Source: an uncultured Actinomycetes bacterium (GTDB lineage Bacteria > Actinomycetota > Thermoleophilia > Gaiellales > JAICJC01). From it: DNA of 64,000 nt. Shown here one piece after another: positions 45,711 to 55,294 of the stretch. The notes beneath the pieces are model-generated. The model had not been told where the DNA came from. It searched no databases and saw nothing but the letters and a program-made list of their open reading frames with translations. Both the position numbers and the translations under genes were made by a program. The stretch covers positions 49,194-113,193 of the forward strand of contig CAVVAA010000009.1 in the NCBI GenBank assembly GCA_963746115.1, in the 5' to 3' direction. Position 1 is the first letter of the stretch, and each line of letters opens with the position of its first letter.

Positions 45711-47538
45711 GTGGATCGACGGGACTTCCTGAAGAAGAGCGGCGGTGCAGTGGCCGCGGGTCTGCTGGCCGATCTTGGCGTCCTCGAACAGGCCGCAGGC
45801 GCGGCGAGGGGGACCAACGGCCGGCCGAACATCGTGTTCATCCTGGTCGACGAGATGCGCTTCCCGAGGGTGTTCCCGGCCGGCGTGGATACGCCAGCGG
45901 AGTTCCTGCGGCGGTACATGCCGAACGTCTTCTACCTATGGCAGCACGGAGTGAAGTTCGAGCAGCTACTACAGCTCCGGGAACGCCTGTAGCCCGGCGC
46001 GCGCGACGATCGCGACCGGCCTGTACCCGCATCAGCAGTGGCTGCTGGCGACGCGGACCACGAGCGGCCCGTCGCTCCAGCCGGGCTTTCCCACCTACGG
46101 CAAGCTGCTGCGCCAGTTTGGCTACGAGACGCCGTACTTCGGCAAGTGGCACCTGTCGAATCCACCGGCCGACGGCACGGTCGGATACCTGGAGAACTAC
46201 GGCTTCCAACGGGCTGACGAATCCTGACCCCGATCGGCACGAACGGGCAGGGGGCCCAGGACGACGTCTCTGTACATTTCCGACAGCGCCGCAAAGTGGC
46301 TTGCGGACGAAGGCCCGCCGACGCAGAACCATTCTGCATCACGGTCAGCTTCGTGAACCCACACGATAAGCAGTTCTTCTGGGCCGGCTCGGAGGGAACG
46401 TTCTACGAGAACCTCTTCAAGCGGCAGCCACTGAAGCCGTTCAACCCGAACTACACCTCGGTCGCTGGCGAGGAGAACCCGCCGCGATTGGGATTCCCAA
46501 GCATCCCGCCGAACTGGGAGACATACGCGGACCTGCCCGCGCACGGCAAGCCGAACACCCAACAGGTGATGCGGTCCTTCCAGGAGGCGGTGTGGGGCGG
46601 CGGGCCAGATGATCCGAGCGTCACCACCTTCTCGGTGCAGTCCTCGCCGGTCGCGCCGAGGACATATGGGGTGGGCATCGCGCCGTACAGCTACTGGCAG
46701 CGCGGCCTCGACATGTACACGCTCGTGCAGCAGATGGTTGATCAGGCGATCGGCGATGTGGTTGCCGCGGTCCCCGAAGTCCCAGCTCGCCAACACCGTG
46801 ATCGTGTTCGCCTCCGACCACGGCGAGTATGCCGGCGCGCACGGCCTGCTGTCGGGCAAGCTCGGAACGGCGTACGAGGAGGCGATCAACGTCCCGCTGA
46901 TCGTCGCCGATCCGAGCCGCCGATTCACCAAGCACGTGGAGAAGCCGCGTAGGCAGCTGGCCTCGAGCGTCGACCTAGCGCCGATGCTGGTCACGCTCGG
47001 AAACCGCGGCAGCATCTCGTGGAGAAGGGGGAGCTGGCGCGCATCTACGGCGAGCGCCTGAACCTCGTAGACCTGCTTCGCAACCCGAACGCCGCCGGAC
47101 GCGACCATATCCTGTTCGCCACCGACGAGATCCTGCCGGTCGTGTTCAACTACCTGCACGCGCCAAGGCACGTGCTCGCGGTTCGCACACACGAGGCGAA
47201 GCTCGTGACGTACACGGACTGGTTCCCGGGCACGACACGGCCGATGCCGCGCTCGATGCAGCTCGAGTTCTACGACTACGCCACATCGGAGGGGCGGTGC
47301 CGAAACGCGAAGCCATCCGCACGATCCGCGGGCGACGGCGCTGGCTGACAAGCTGTTCAACCAGTACGTGCCGCAACAGATGGAGGCCCCTCTGCCGCTC
47401 TCGCTAAAGGAGACGGCGGCGAAGGCCCGCGTAAGCTACATCGCATACGAGGGACTCTTCAACGTGTTGAACGCGGACGACCTGCTGAAGGAGGGCTTGC
47501 TCGCGAAGCTGCTTGGCTACGGCGACGGGCCGTTCTGA
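45711..47538 (+). pseudogene. Tat-exported sulfatase family hydrolase, at least 7 frame breaks
   Basis: Twin-arginine VDRRDFLKKSGG. PNIVFILVDEMR. Cys-type FGly motif ACSPARATIATGLYP. FGKWHL, PFCITVSFVNPHD, VFASDHGEYAG. The segments are spread over all three frames. Confidence 0.7.
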
Positions 47539-47629
47539 GACGAAACTTCACGCCGGGCCGCGCCGAAATCCCATAGGCTGGCGTGAGGAGCGTGCGAATG
47601 CAACTGGGCATCCATTCGGCCACACGAAC

Positions 47630-48583
47630 GTGACGTCAGGCGGACATCCGCGGGGAGATCGCGTCGAGGTCTCCGCCGGCGAGTTTCGCGCGCTTTTCGA
47701 GGAGGTCTGCACCTGGGGGCGTTGGGCTGGTCGAGGTGAGCGTGGCGCCCTCAACTATCTGACCCCCGATCGGGTCGCAGACGCCGCGCGGCTCGTCACG
47801 AGCGGGATCACGGTCACGCTCAGCCGACCGCTTGCCACCGGGCGGCGCATCGACAATCCCCGCCCGGCCGATCACTACATGACGATGTTGCCGGAGTCGG
47901 ACACCGGACCGGGGGCCGAGCGCTTCGCCAAAGACTACATCGGGGTCGACTACCACAACGAGGGACACAGCCACGTCGACGCGCTCTGCCACGTTGCGTA
48001 CGGCGGCCTCCTGTACGGCGGGAAGCCGGAACGCTCCGTCACGGTCCGCGGTGCCGAGCTCGACGCGATCGACGTCATCGACGATGGGCTCGTCGGGCGG
48101 GGCGTGCTGCTCGACGTGCCGCGTTTGCGCGGCGTACCCTGGCTCGAGCCCGGAGAACACGTTTTCGTAGACGACCTCGAAGCCGCCGAGCGCGCCGAAG
48201 GCGTCACCGCCGGCGTCGGCGACATCCTCCTCGTGCGGACGGGGCACACCCGTCGTCAGGCCGAAGTCGAGCCGTGGGACACCGCCAACGCCAAGGCGGG
48301 CCTCCACCCGACGACCGCCACCTTCCTCGCGGAGCGACGGATCGCGGCCCTGGGCTCCGACGGCAATAATGACACCGCCCCGAGCACAACCGAAGAGGTG
48401 GGCTTCCCGATTCACGTGCTCGTCCTCAATGCCATGGGTGTCCACCTGTTCGACTACCTGCAGCTCGACGACCTGGCTCGGCAGTGCGAGGCGACCGGAC
48501 GCTGGGAGTTCATGTTTGTTGCCGCGCCGCTGCGGATCGCAGGCGGCACGGGCTCGCCGCTGAATCCCGTCGCGATCTTCTGA
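47630..48583 (+). CDS. cyclase family protein (kynurenine formamidase-like fold)
   Basis: ORF 47513..48583. Motifs GHSHVDALCHV and IAALGSDGNND. The GTG 47630 start is uncertain. Confidence 0.75.
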   Translation: MTSGGHPRGDRVEVSAGEFRALFEEVCTWGRWAGRGERGALNYLTPDRVADAARLVTSGITVTLSRPLATGRRIDNPRPADHYMTMLPESDTGPGAERFAKDYIGVDYHNEGHSHVDALCHVAYGGLLYGGKPERSVTVRGAELDAIDVIDDGLVGRGVLLDVPRLRGVPWLEPGEHVFVDDLEAAERAEGVTAGVGDILLVRTGHTRRQAEVEPWDTANAKAGLHPTTATFLAERRIAALGSDGNNDTAPSTTEEVGFPIHVLVLNAMGVHLFDYLQLDDLARQCEATGRWEFMFVAAPLRIAGGTGSPLNPVAIF

Positions 48584-48976
48584 CCCGCCGGGCGCCGGGT
48601 CCTGATCGCGTCACATTCTTTTGCGGAGACTCACGCGATCCCGTTTCCGGGTCTGAGATCCTACCTTCACGTATTACCTGACATGCACAGTGGCAACGGT
48701 GGCGGCAGCATCCGAGGCACGTAGACGCCGACCTGAGCCACTGAAACGCCTACGTAAGCTCCTCCGTTCATGGTGGTCGCCCCGGACGGAATGCCAAAGT
48801 TGTAGAAGGCGGTAGCTCGGCTCGTCGGATCGAAGGCCTGTAGATCCACCATTCAGAGCCATACGGAGACTGCGCGACCGGCCGCTCTTCGGTGAGCTCG
48901 AAGCCTCCTCGTTCGATCGGCAGCCACAGCGGGCAGCGCTTCATTATGCGATCCTCTGCCCCGACCCGGACAGTCC

Positions 48977-49735
48977 ATGACCACGGAATGCGACCGTATA
49001 GCCCTCGTCACCGGAGCGGCCGGCGGCATCGGTGCCGCGACGGCCCGCACCCTCGTCGCCGAGGGCGCGGCCGTCGTCGTTCACGACGTGCGCCGTGACG
49101 GGCGGCTGGGCGAGCTCGCCGACGAGCTCGGCGAGGCGGCCCACGCGCTGTCTGCCGACCTGCGCGACCCGGCGTCGGCGGACAGGCTCTGGCGCGAGGC
49201 CGTCGCCTGGCGCGGCCACGTCGACGTCCTCGTCAACAACGCGGGCATCTACGAAGCGGCCAGGCCCGACGACGACCTTGCGACCTGGCAGGCGTCATGG
49301 GAACGCACGCTCGCGATCTGCCTCATCTCGCCGGCGGCGCTCTGCCGCGCGGCGATCATGACCTTCCGCGAGCAGCCCAGCGGCGGCATCATCGTCAACT
49401 TGGCGAGCCGTGCGGCCTGGCGTGGCGAGGATGCCGACTACTGGCACTACGCGGCCGCCAAGGCCGGAGTCGTGGCCATGACGAAGACCATCGCGCGGCA
49501 GTACGGCCGCCAGGGCGTGACCGCGTTCGCCGTGGCTCCCGGCTTCGTCGATACGCCGTTCAACGCGCCGGCGGTCGCGGAGCACGGCATGGACCTGTTC
49601 GTGAACGACACCGCGCTCGGCGAGGTCGCCCAGCCGCAGGACGTCGCGAACGTGATCGCCTTCCTCGCTTCGGGCAAAGCGCGCCACGCGACGGGCGCGA
49701 CGATCGACGTGAACACTGCGAGCTACGTCCGCTGA
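48977..49735 (+). CDS. SDR family oxidoreductase
   Basis: TGAAGGIG cofactor motif, NNAG, catalytic YAAAK. Confidence 0.9.
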   Translation: MTTECDRIALVTGAAGGIGAATARTLVAEGAAVVVHDVRRDGRLGELADELGEAAHALSADLRDPASADRLWREAVAWRGHVDVLVNNAGIYEAARPDDDLATWQASWERTLAICLISPAALCRAAIMTFREQPSGGIIVNLASRAAWRGEDADYWHYAAAKAGVVAMTKTIARQYGRQGVTAFAVAPGFVDTPFNAPAVAEHGMDLFVNDTALGEVAQPQDVANVIAFLASGKARHATGATIDVNTASYVR

Positions 49736-49808
49736 GGGGCGGGACGCGGCGCCGTGCCTAGTTTCGGCGGCAGGCGATCAGCTGACGGGCGGGGTAGGGT
49801 GCCGGGGT

Positions 49809-50754
49809 ATGCAGATGCGGCAGTTGGGGGCGGGTGGCCCTGAGATCTCGGTGGTCGGGTTCGGCTCGTGGGAGGCCGGCGGCATGCATTGGGGCCCGAA
49901 CGCCTCCGAGCAGGAGGTGATTGCGGCCATCCACGCGGGGCTCGACGCGGGCATGACGTGGGTGGACACGGCCGAGGTGTACGGGGACGGTGTGTCGGAG
50001 CGGATCGTCGGCCGTGCCGTTGCTGGGAGAGACGACGTGCTGGTGTTCACCAAGGTGGCGCCCGACGAGGGCAGCGGTCTTGCGTCCGACCAGGTGCGGG
50101 GCGCGATCGACGCATCGCTGCAGCGGCTGGGGCGGGATCGCGTCGACCTCTACCAGGTGCACTGGCCGTCCGACGACGTTCCGATCGAGGAGACGTGGGG
50201 CGCGATGGCCGACCTCGTCTCTGCAGGCAAGGCGCGGTCGATCGGGGTGTCGAACTTCGACCGGGCGCTGATCGAGCGCTGCCAGGCCATCCATCCGGTG
50301 GCATCGGTGCAGAACGAGTTCTCGCGGCTGCACCAGGGCGACCGGGACGAGCTGCTGCCGTGGCTGGCCGCGCAGGGCATCGGCTACCTGGCCTACAGCC
50401 CGCTGGCTGCCGGCCGGCTGAGCGGCGCGCTCGCGCGCGACCATGAGTTCTCCGACGACGACTGGCGGAGCGGTCGCGGAGAGTATGCATCGTGGCGGGA
50501 CGAGGAGGACGGCGAGTGGCCGTTCGACCCGGGGCCGATGGCGCGGGGCGCGGCCTTGGTCGACGCAGATGCGGCCACTGGCCGAGCGCGAGGGCGCGAC
50601 GGTCGCCCAGCTGGCGCTGCGCTGGGCGCTGGAGCAGACCGGCGTGACCGCCGTGATCGCGGGCAGCCGCAACCCCGCCCACGCCCGGGCCAACGCCGCC
50701 GCCGGGTCGCTGGCGGTGGACCCCGTGGCGTTTGCCGAGATCGACCAGGGTTAG
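49809..50754 (+). pseudogene. aldo/keto reductase, one frame break near 50560
   Basis: ORF 49809..50837 N-terminal part (DTAEVYG, LYQVHWP, GVSNF). The C-terminus LAEREGATVAQLALRWALEQTGVTAVIAGSRNPAHA is in ORF 50443..50754. Confidence 0.8.
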
Positions 50755-50875
50755 CAACCACTCGCACAGCCCCGAGCATGCCGGCGGCGCCGCCGCCGAT
50801 GATCACAACCAGCGGCCAGATCGCTGGCGGCGCGTGAGCCGACGCCAGCGATTCCAACGCGGAGCGCTCGACCGG

Positions 50876-51060
50876 TCACTGGGCCACGAAGCCCCGGTCA
50901 ATCACGAGCGACGTCCCGGTGATGTAGGCCGCGTCATCGGAGAGGAGGAATGGCGCTCGCCGGCGCGGCGTCGATCATCTTGCCCCTGCGCCCACGGCGC
51001 GACGTCACGAGCTCGTACTTCGCGAACCACGTGGGCTCCTCTTCCTTCCTGTTTTTCGCG
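50876..51060 (-). pseudogene. C-terminal relic of an SDR gene
   Basis: The reverse strand reads ...FLLSDDAAYITGTSLVIDRGFVAQ-stop. There is no upstream Rossmann part, and one frame break lies inside the relic. Confidence 0.4.
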
Positions 51061-51374
51061 AGGTACAACTGTAAGACCGGCTCAAACGACGTCTACAGCA
51101 TCCGCAGCCCGTGATTGAGGATGGCCGACTCGCGTGGGGGGCGAAGCCAAAAGCGCAGTCTCCGCAGGCGGCCCTACGGCTGATTCGGCGAGCGCATCGT
51201 CGAGGATCCCGGTTGCTCTCGATGATCGTTGGCGCGACACGGCAGCCTGGCCGGTCTGGCCGGCGATCTCCGCGAGGATCTCGCTCGCGATCAGCAGGGC
51301 AGCCTCCGCACACCGAGCGGACTGCTCTTAGTACAGGCCTCTTTCGAGGGTCTAAGATTTGGCTTGGATAAAGG

Positions 51375-51448
51375 TCGGGACGGTCAGATTCGAACTGACG
51401 ACCCCCTGCTCCCAAAGCAGGTGCGCTACCAGGCTGCGCCACGTCCCG
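51375..51448 (-). tRNA. tRNA-Pro: tRNA-Pro (anticodon TGG)
   Basis: Hand-folded cloverleaf: acceptor CGGGACG/CGTCCCG, D stem GCGC/GCGC, anticodon stem CCTGC/GCAGG with loop TTTGGGA, T stem GTCAG/CTGAC with loop TTCGAAT. 74 nt. CCA is not fully encoded. Confidence 0.9.
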
Positions 51449-51496
51449 TCTGGCCGCCAGTGTACGTGACCGCCTTCCCGGCGGACGGGCGGCGGA

Positions 51497-51908
51497 TCAG
51501 GTCGGTGGGCGGTCGAGCCGGGCCTCGTCGCGCGTCGGCTCGAACAGCTCGACCGGGTTCCCCGACGGGTCCTCGACCAGGATCTGCTTGCCGCCGACGC
51601 CGGTGACGATCTCGTTGCGAAAGCGGGCGCCGGCCTTGCGCAGGCGCTCGACGGTCGCCTCGATGTCCGCGACCTCGAGCGAGAACCGGTTCCAGCCCCC
51701 CGGGCTCGGGCACGGTGCCGTCCGGCATCGCCTGGCCCCCTCCCGGGCCGCCGCCGGGGGCGCTCAGGACGAGGCGCAGATCGCCGTGCGAGAGCATCGC
51801 GAACGCCGGCGCCGGATGCATGACCTCCTCGAACCCGAGCTGGCCGCAGTAGAAGCCGATCGCCGCGTCGACGTCGTGGACGATGTAGCGGACGCTGACC
51901 GTGGCCAT
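51497..51908 (-). pseudogene. VOC/glyoxalase family protein, one frame break near 51705 in a G/C homopolymer
   Basis: MATVSVRYIVHDVDAAIGFYCGQLGFEEV..., then GGWNRFSLEVADIEATVERLRKAGARFRNEIV...GNPVELFEP in another frame. Confidence 0.7.
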
Positions 51909-51947
51909 GCTGCAACCTAGCCCAAACCGAAGATAGGCTGGCCGACC

Positions 51948-52700
51948 GTGACCGAGCATCCCCGGCAGCTCGAGCGCGTCGACTGGAGCCCGTCCCGGGA
52001 GCACCCGCCCGACGTGACCCGGTGGCCGTTCGCCATCCCCGCCGTCGCCGAGCTGATCGCCGCGGGTGGGCTCGAGATCCCGCCCGGGATCACGTTCCTC
52101 GTGGGCGAGAACGGCAGCGGCAAGAGCACGCTCGTCGAGGCGCTCGCGGCCGTCTACCCGCGCCGCGGGTTCGCCACGCCGTATGCCGACAAGCTGGGGC
52201 CGGCGGAGAGCGACGAGGACTCCCCGCTGCGCTGGCACCTGCGCCCGCGGACGCACCGGCAGGCGTCGCCGGCGGGGTTCTTCCTACGGGCCGAGGCGAT
52301 GCACCAGTACCTCGCCGGGATCGACAGCGACCCGCGCCAGGCCCGGGCCTGGGACGGCGAGCAGCTCTCGACCCAGTCGCATGGCGAGTCGTTCCTGGCC
52401 GTCCTCCGCCACCGGTTCGGCGAGGTCGGCGTCTACTTCATGGACGAGCCGGAGGCGGCGCTCTCGTTCCGATCGTGCCTCGCGCTCATGGCGCTCCTCG
52501 ACGAGATGCGGGCCGAGGGGAGCCAGGTGATCGTCGCCACCCACTCGCCGCTCCTCGTCGCGCTTCCCCGAGCGGGCCTGCTCGAGCTGGGCGAATGGGG
52601 GATCCGGCCGGCCGCATACGACGAGCTCGACCTGGTGCGGTCGTGGCGGACGTTCCTCGATGGGCCGGAGGCGTACCTCCGCCACCTGCTGGCGGAATAG
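51948..52700 (+). CDS. stand-alone AAA/ABC-like ATPase
   Basis: Walker A GENGSGKST, Q-loop/signature-like STQSHGES, Walker B VYFMDEPEAALS, ATHSP. Confidence 0.75.
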   Translation: MTEHPRQLERVDWSPSREHPPDVTRWPFAIPAVAELIAAGGLEIPPGITFLVGENGSGKSTLVEALAAVYPRRGFATPYADKLGPAESDEDSPLRWHLRPRTHRQASPAGFFLRAEAMHQYLAGIDSDPRQARAWDGEQLSTQSHGESFLAVLRHRFGEVGVYFMDEPEAALSFRSCLALMALLDEMRAEGSQVIVATHSPLLVALPRAGLLELGEWGIRPAAYDELDLVRSWRTFLDGPEAYLRHLLAE

Positions 52701-52707
52701 CCCTCGG

Positions 52708-53457
52708 CTACGGGTGGATGACGACCGGCGTGCCCGGACGCAGGGCGCGCTTCAGCACCCAGAGCGCGGCGGCCGAGACGCGCAGGCAGCCCGCGGATGC
52801 GGGAGTGCCGATCGACGCGGGGTTGTTCGTCCCGTGGATCGCGAGCTGGTCGCCGCCGGTCCACCCGGGCGGCAGGTTGGGCTGATGCCCGGAGAGACCG
52901 AACGCGTACCACCCGTACGGTCCGGAGGGGTCGCCGGTCGAGATCGGGTCGGTGACGCTGAAGCGGCCGATCGGGGTGGGGGAGTCGGACGCGCCGATCG
53001 CGGCCGGGAACGAGCGCACGACGTGCGACCCGTGCATGAGCATGACGCGACGCCGCGACAGGTCCGCCTGGACCCACGTCCGCGTGTGGACCACCCGGTG
53101 CCCGCGCAGCCTGACCCAGCCGGTGCGGCCGTTCGGGCGCCAGGGCAGCACGACCCTTGCCCAGCCGTCGTTGCGGCTGAACGCAAGCGCCCAGAGCCAG
53201 GTCGGAGTGCCGAGCGGCGTCCGGCCGGCCAGCGTCCCGACGACGCGCCCGTTCGGCCATGCCCGGACGGCCGTTCCGGCCGACTCGTCGACTAGCGTGA
53301 ACCGATGCCTGGGAGCATGTCTTCGAGGGGCGGCGCCATCGGTTCGCACCGCCGGCGCAGCGCGTCCGAGGGTCACGCTCGGCAGGGTCATCGCGCTCGC
53401 GGGCGGGGCCGCGGAGAGGGCGGATATCGCTACGAGCAGGGAAATCGCGCGGCGCAT
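52708..53457 (-). CDS. L,D-transpeptidase (YkuD domain), secreted
   Basis: Signal peptide. Catalytic IHGT...SAGCLRV. Confidence 0.85.
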   Translation of the reverse strand: MRRAISLLVAISALSAAPPASAMTLPSVTLGRAAPAVRTDGAAPRRHAPRHRFTLVDESAGTAVRAWPNGRVVGTLAGRTPLGTPTWLWALAFSRNDGWARVVLPWRPNGRTGWVRLRGHRVVHTRTWVQADLSRRRVMLMHGSHVVRSFPAAIGASDSPTPIGRFSVTDPISTGDPSGPYGWYAFGLSGHQPNLPPGWTGGDQLAIHGTNNPASIGTPASAGCLRVSAAALWVLKRALRPGTPVVIHP

Positions 53458-53575
53458 GGACGACACTCATCGGCACGCCCCGCCCGCCGCTTGAGCCGGT
53501 CGGAGGGGCTACAGATTTGCGGCGGAGCGGCCGATACACGGGAGTGACTCCCTGTCCCTCCCAAGGAGCACCCTC

Positions 53576-53725
53576 GTGAAACGATCTTCGGGAATTGTCG
53601 GGCTCGCCGCCCTCGCCGCGCTTGCCGTCCCCGTCGCCGCCGTCTCCGCCTACCGGCTGACGCGGCCCCGCAACTACACGCAGACCCGCGAGTTCCGGGC
53701 GCTTGCCGGTGGCTACCTCATCTAG
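53576..53725 (+). CDS. hypothetical 49-aa membrane peptide
   Basis: AAGGAG RBS 7 nt upstream of GTG. VKRSSGIVGLAALAALAVPVAAVSAYRLTRPRNYTQTREFRALAGGYLI. High GC3. Too short for the ORF track. Confidence 0.4.
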   Translation: MKRSSGIVGLAALAALAVPVAAVSAYRLTRPRNYTQTREFRALAGGYLI

Positions 53726-53762
53726 CGGCCGCCCCGCCTCGACCGTTCGCGACGAGCTGCTC

Positions 53763-54170
53763 ATGCGGCCCGCCGACGATCCGGCGATCGAGCAGGCCGA
53801 GCGGCTCCTGCGGCGCCTGCCCGGGTGCGCGTCGCCCGAGGATGCGGCCCACCTCGCGGCGCATGAGCTGCCCGCCCTCATCGGCGCCGACTGGGCCACG
53901 TTCACGCCCGCCTCCGCGTACACCGGAAACCCGGCCGACCAGGCCCACGGCCACGTCGCTGCCGCCGCCCTCGCCGACCGCTGCGTCTACTCGCAGGGGC
54001 AGCCGCCGACGGTCGCCGCCGTGCCGGTGTGGGTCGACGGCGTGCCTGCCGGCGTGATCCTGATCGGTCGCGCCCGGGGCCTCTGCACGCCGCAGCTGCG
54101 CCTGGCCGCGCTCGTCGCCGAGCACGCCGGCTCGGTCGTCGCGAGCATGCCGCTCGCGCGCACGGCTTGA
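53763..54170 (+). CDS. hypothetical protein, possibly GAF-like
   Basis: ORF 53703..54170. The pattern LIGADWATF...AAVPVWVDGVPAGVILIG...LAALVAEHAG resembles a small-ligand sensor fold. This is inference only. Confidence 0.4.
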   Translation: MRPADDPAIEQAERLLRRLPGCASPEDAAHLAAHELPALIGADWATFTPASAYTGNPADQAHGHVAAAALADRCVYSQGQPPTVAAVPVWVDGVPAGVILIGRARGLCTPQLRLAALVAEHAGSVVASMPLARTA

Positions 54171-54177
54171 GGATCCC

Positions 54178-54537
54178 CTAGCCTTCGGTCCCGCTCTCCG
54201 TCTGCGCCTGGCGCTCGAGCCCGCGCCGCAGGGCGCTGAGCAGATCCTGGGTCGAGCCCGGCTCGGCCGCCGGCTCGGGCGGCCCGATCGGCCGGCACGT
54301 CTGGCAGTAGGGCGACGTCAGGTCGCGGCGCCTGTCGTCCGGCGTCGGGTAGCGGGTGAACACCTCGCCCGGCGGGATGGAGTGTCCGCAGCCGTGGCAC
54401 GAGACGGTGAGCGTGTCGAATACCTGCGGCTCGCCCGGGCGGACGCCCTCGCCCGTGACACGCCCAACGCGGTCGCTCACAGAAGCGAGGTGGCGTCGAG
54501 GGTTCGACCGGTCTATGTGATGCTCGTAGCCAGCCAC
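54178..54537 (-). CDS. hypothetical zinc-ribbon protein
   Basis: ORF 54178..54636. CHGCGH ... CQTC four-Cys pattern. The start is ambiguous (GTG 54537 or GTG 54636). Confidence 0.45.
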   Translation of the reverse strand: MAGYEHHIDRSNPRRHLASVSDRVGRVTGEGVRPGEPQVFDTLTVSCHGCGHSIPPGEVFTRYPTPDDRRRDLTSPYCQTCRPIGPPEPAAEPGSTQDLLSALRRGLERQAQTESGTEG

Positions 54538-54607
54538 CGTGCAGAGGGTCGTGACGCCGGTCTGGGCCGGGGTCGAGGGTGAGGCTACACCGTCGGCCGA
54601 CGCGGTG

Positions 54608-55189
54608 CTACCGCGACCCGGCCCGCAGCGGGCCACGGCGCTCGAGCCAGCCGAGCACCTCGGCTGCGTGCCGGTCGGGCGGGAACACGGGGTAGAACGC
54701 CCTGACGATCGCGCCGCCCTCCGCGACCAGCGTGAGGCGGCGCAGGTAGGTGACGCCGTGGAGCTCGAACGTCGGCAGCGAGAGCGCCCCGCGCAGGCGC
54801 AGATCCGGATCGGCGATCACCGGGAACGGCATCCGGTTTCGGTCGGCGAAGGCGACCTGCTCGGCGAGCGTCTGCCCGGACAGGCCGGCCACCCGCGCGC
54901 CCAGGGCTGCGAGCTCGGCAGCGTGATCGCGGAAGCCGCACGACTCCGGCGTACACCCGCGCGCCCCGGGGAACTCGTCCCAGCCCGCGACGAGCGGCTC
55001 GCCCGGCGTGCCGGTCTTCGGATAGAGGTAGACCACGGCACGCTGCGCGGCGAGTTCCGCCAGGTCGACGGGGCCCATCGACGATTCGAGCGTGAGCGCA
55101 GGCATCTGCATGCCGGGCAGGTGGTCGGCGGCGCCGTCGTCCTGCGGCTCGGGTAGACCGGGCGGAAGCGCCGTGAAGTCCGTTGTCAC
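54608..55189 (-). CDS. peroxiredoxin/redoxin (AhpC-TSA, Bcp-like)
   Basis: VVYLYPKTGTPG...CTPESC motif. GTG 55189 is preceded by GAGGAGGG. Confidence 0.8.
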   Translation of the reverse strand: MTTDFTALPPGLPEPQDDGAADHLPGMQMPALTLESSMGPVDLAELAAQRAVVYLYPKTGTPGEPLVAGWDEFPGARGCTPESCGFRDHAAELAALGARVAGLSGQTLAEQVAFADRNRMPFPVIADPDLRLRGALSLPTFELHGVTYLRRLTLVAEGGAIVRAFYPVFPPDRHAAEVLGWLERRGPLRAGSR

Positions 55190-55294
55190 CCTCCTCACAC
55201 TACTTGCGAAACTGGGGAGATCTCCCCATGCGCCGCGGCGAGGCGGTGCCTAGGGTCGAGCCGACCAACTCGACAACAAGGGAGGGACAGTCCT

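Noticed and set aside
50755-52700. Integrase, recombinase or att repeat marking a genomic island at tRNA-Pro, and a defence role for the adjacent AAA ATPase
   Set aside because: There is no integrase or recombinase ORF, and no repeat of the tRNA 3-prime end was seen in the window. The 250-aa ATPase stands alone, with no nuclease or effector partner.
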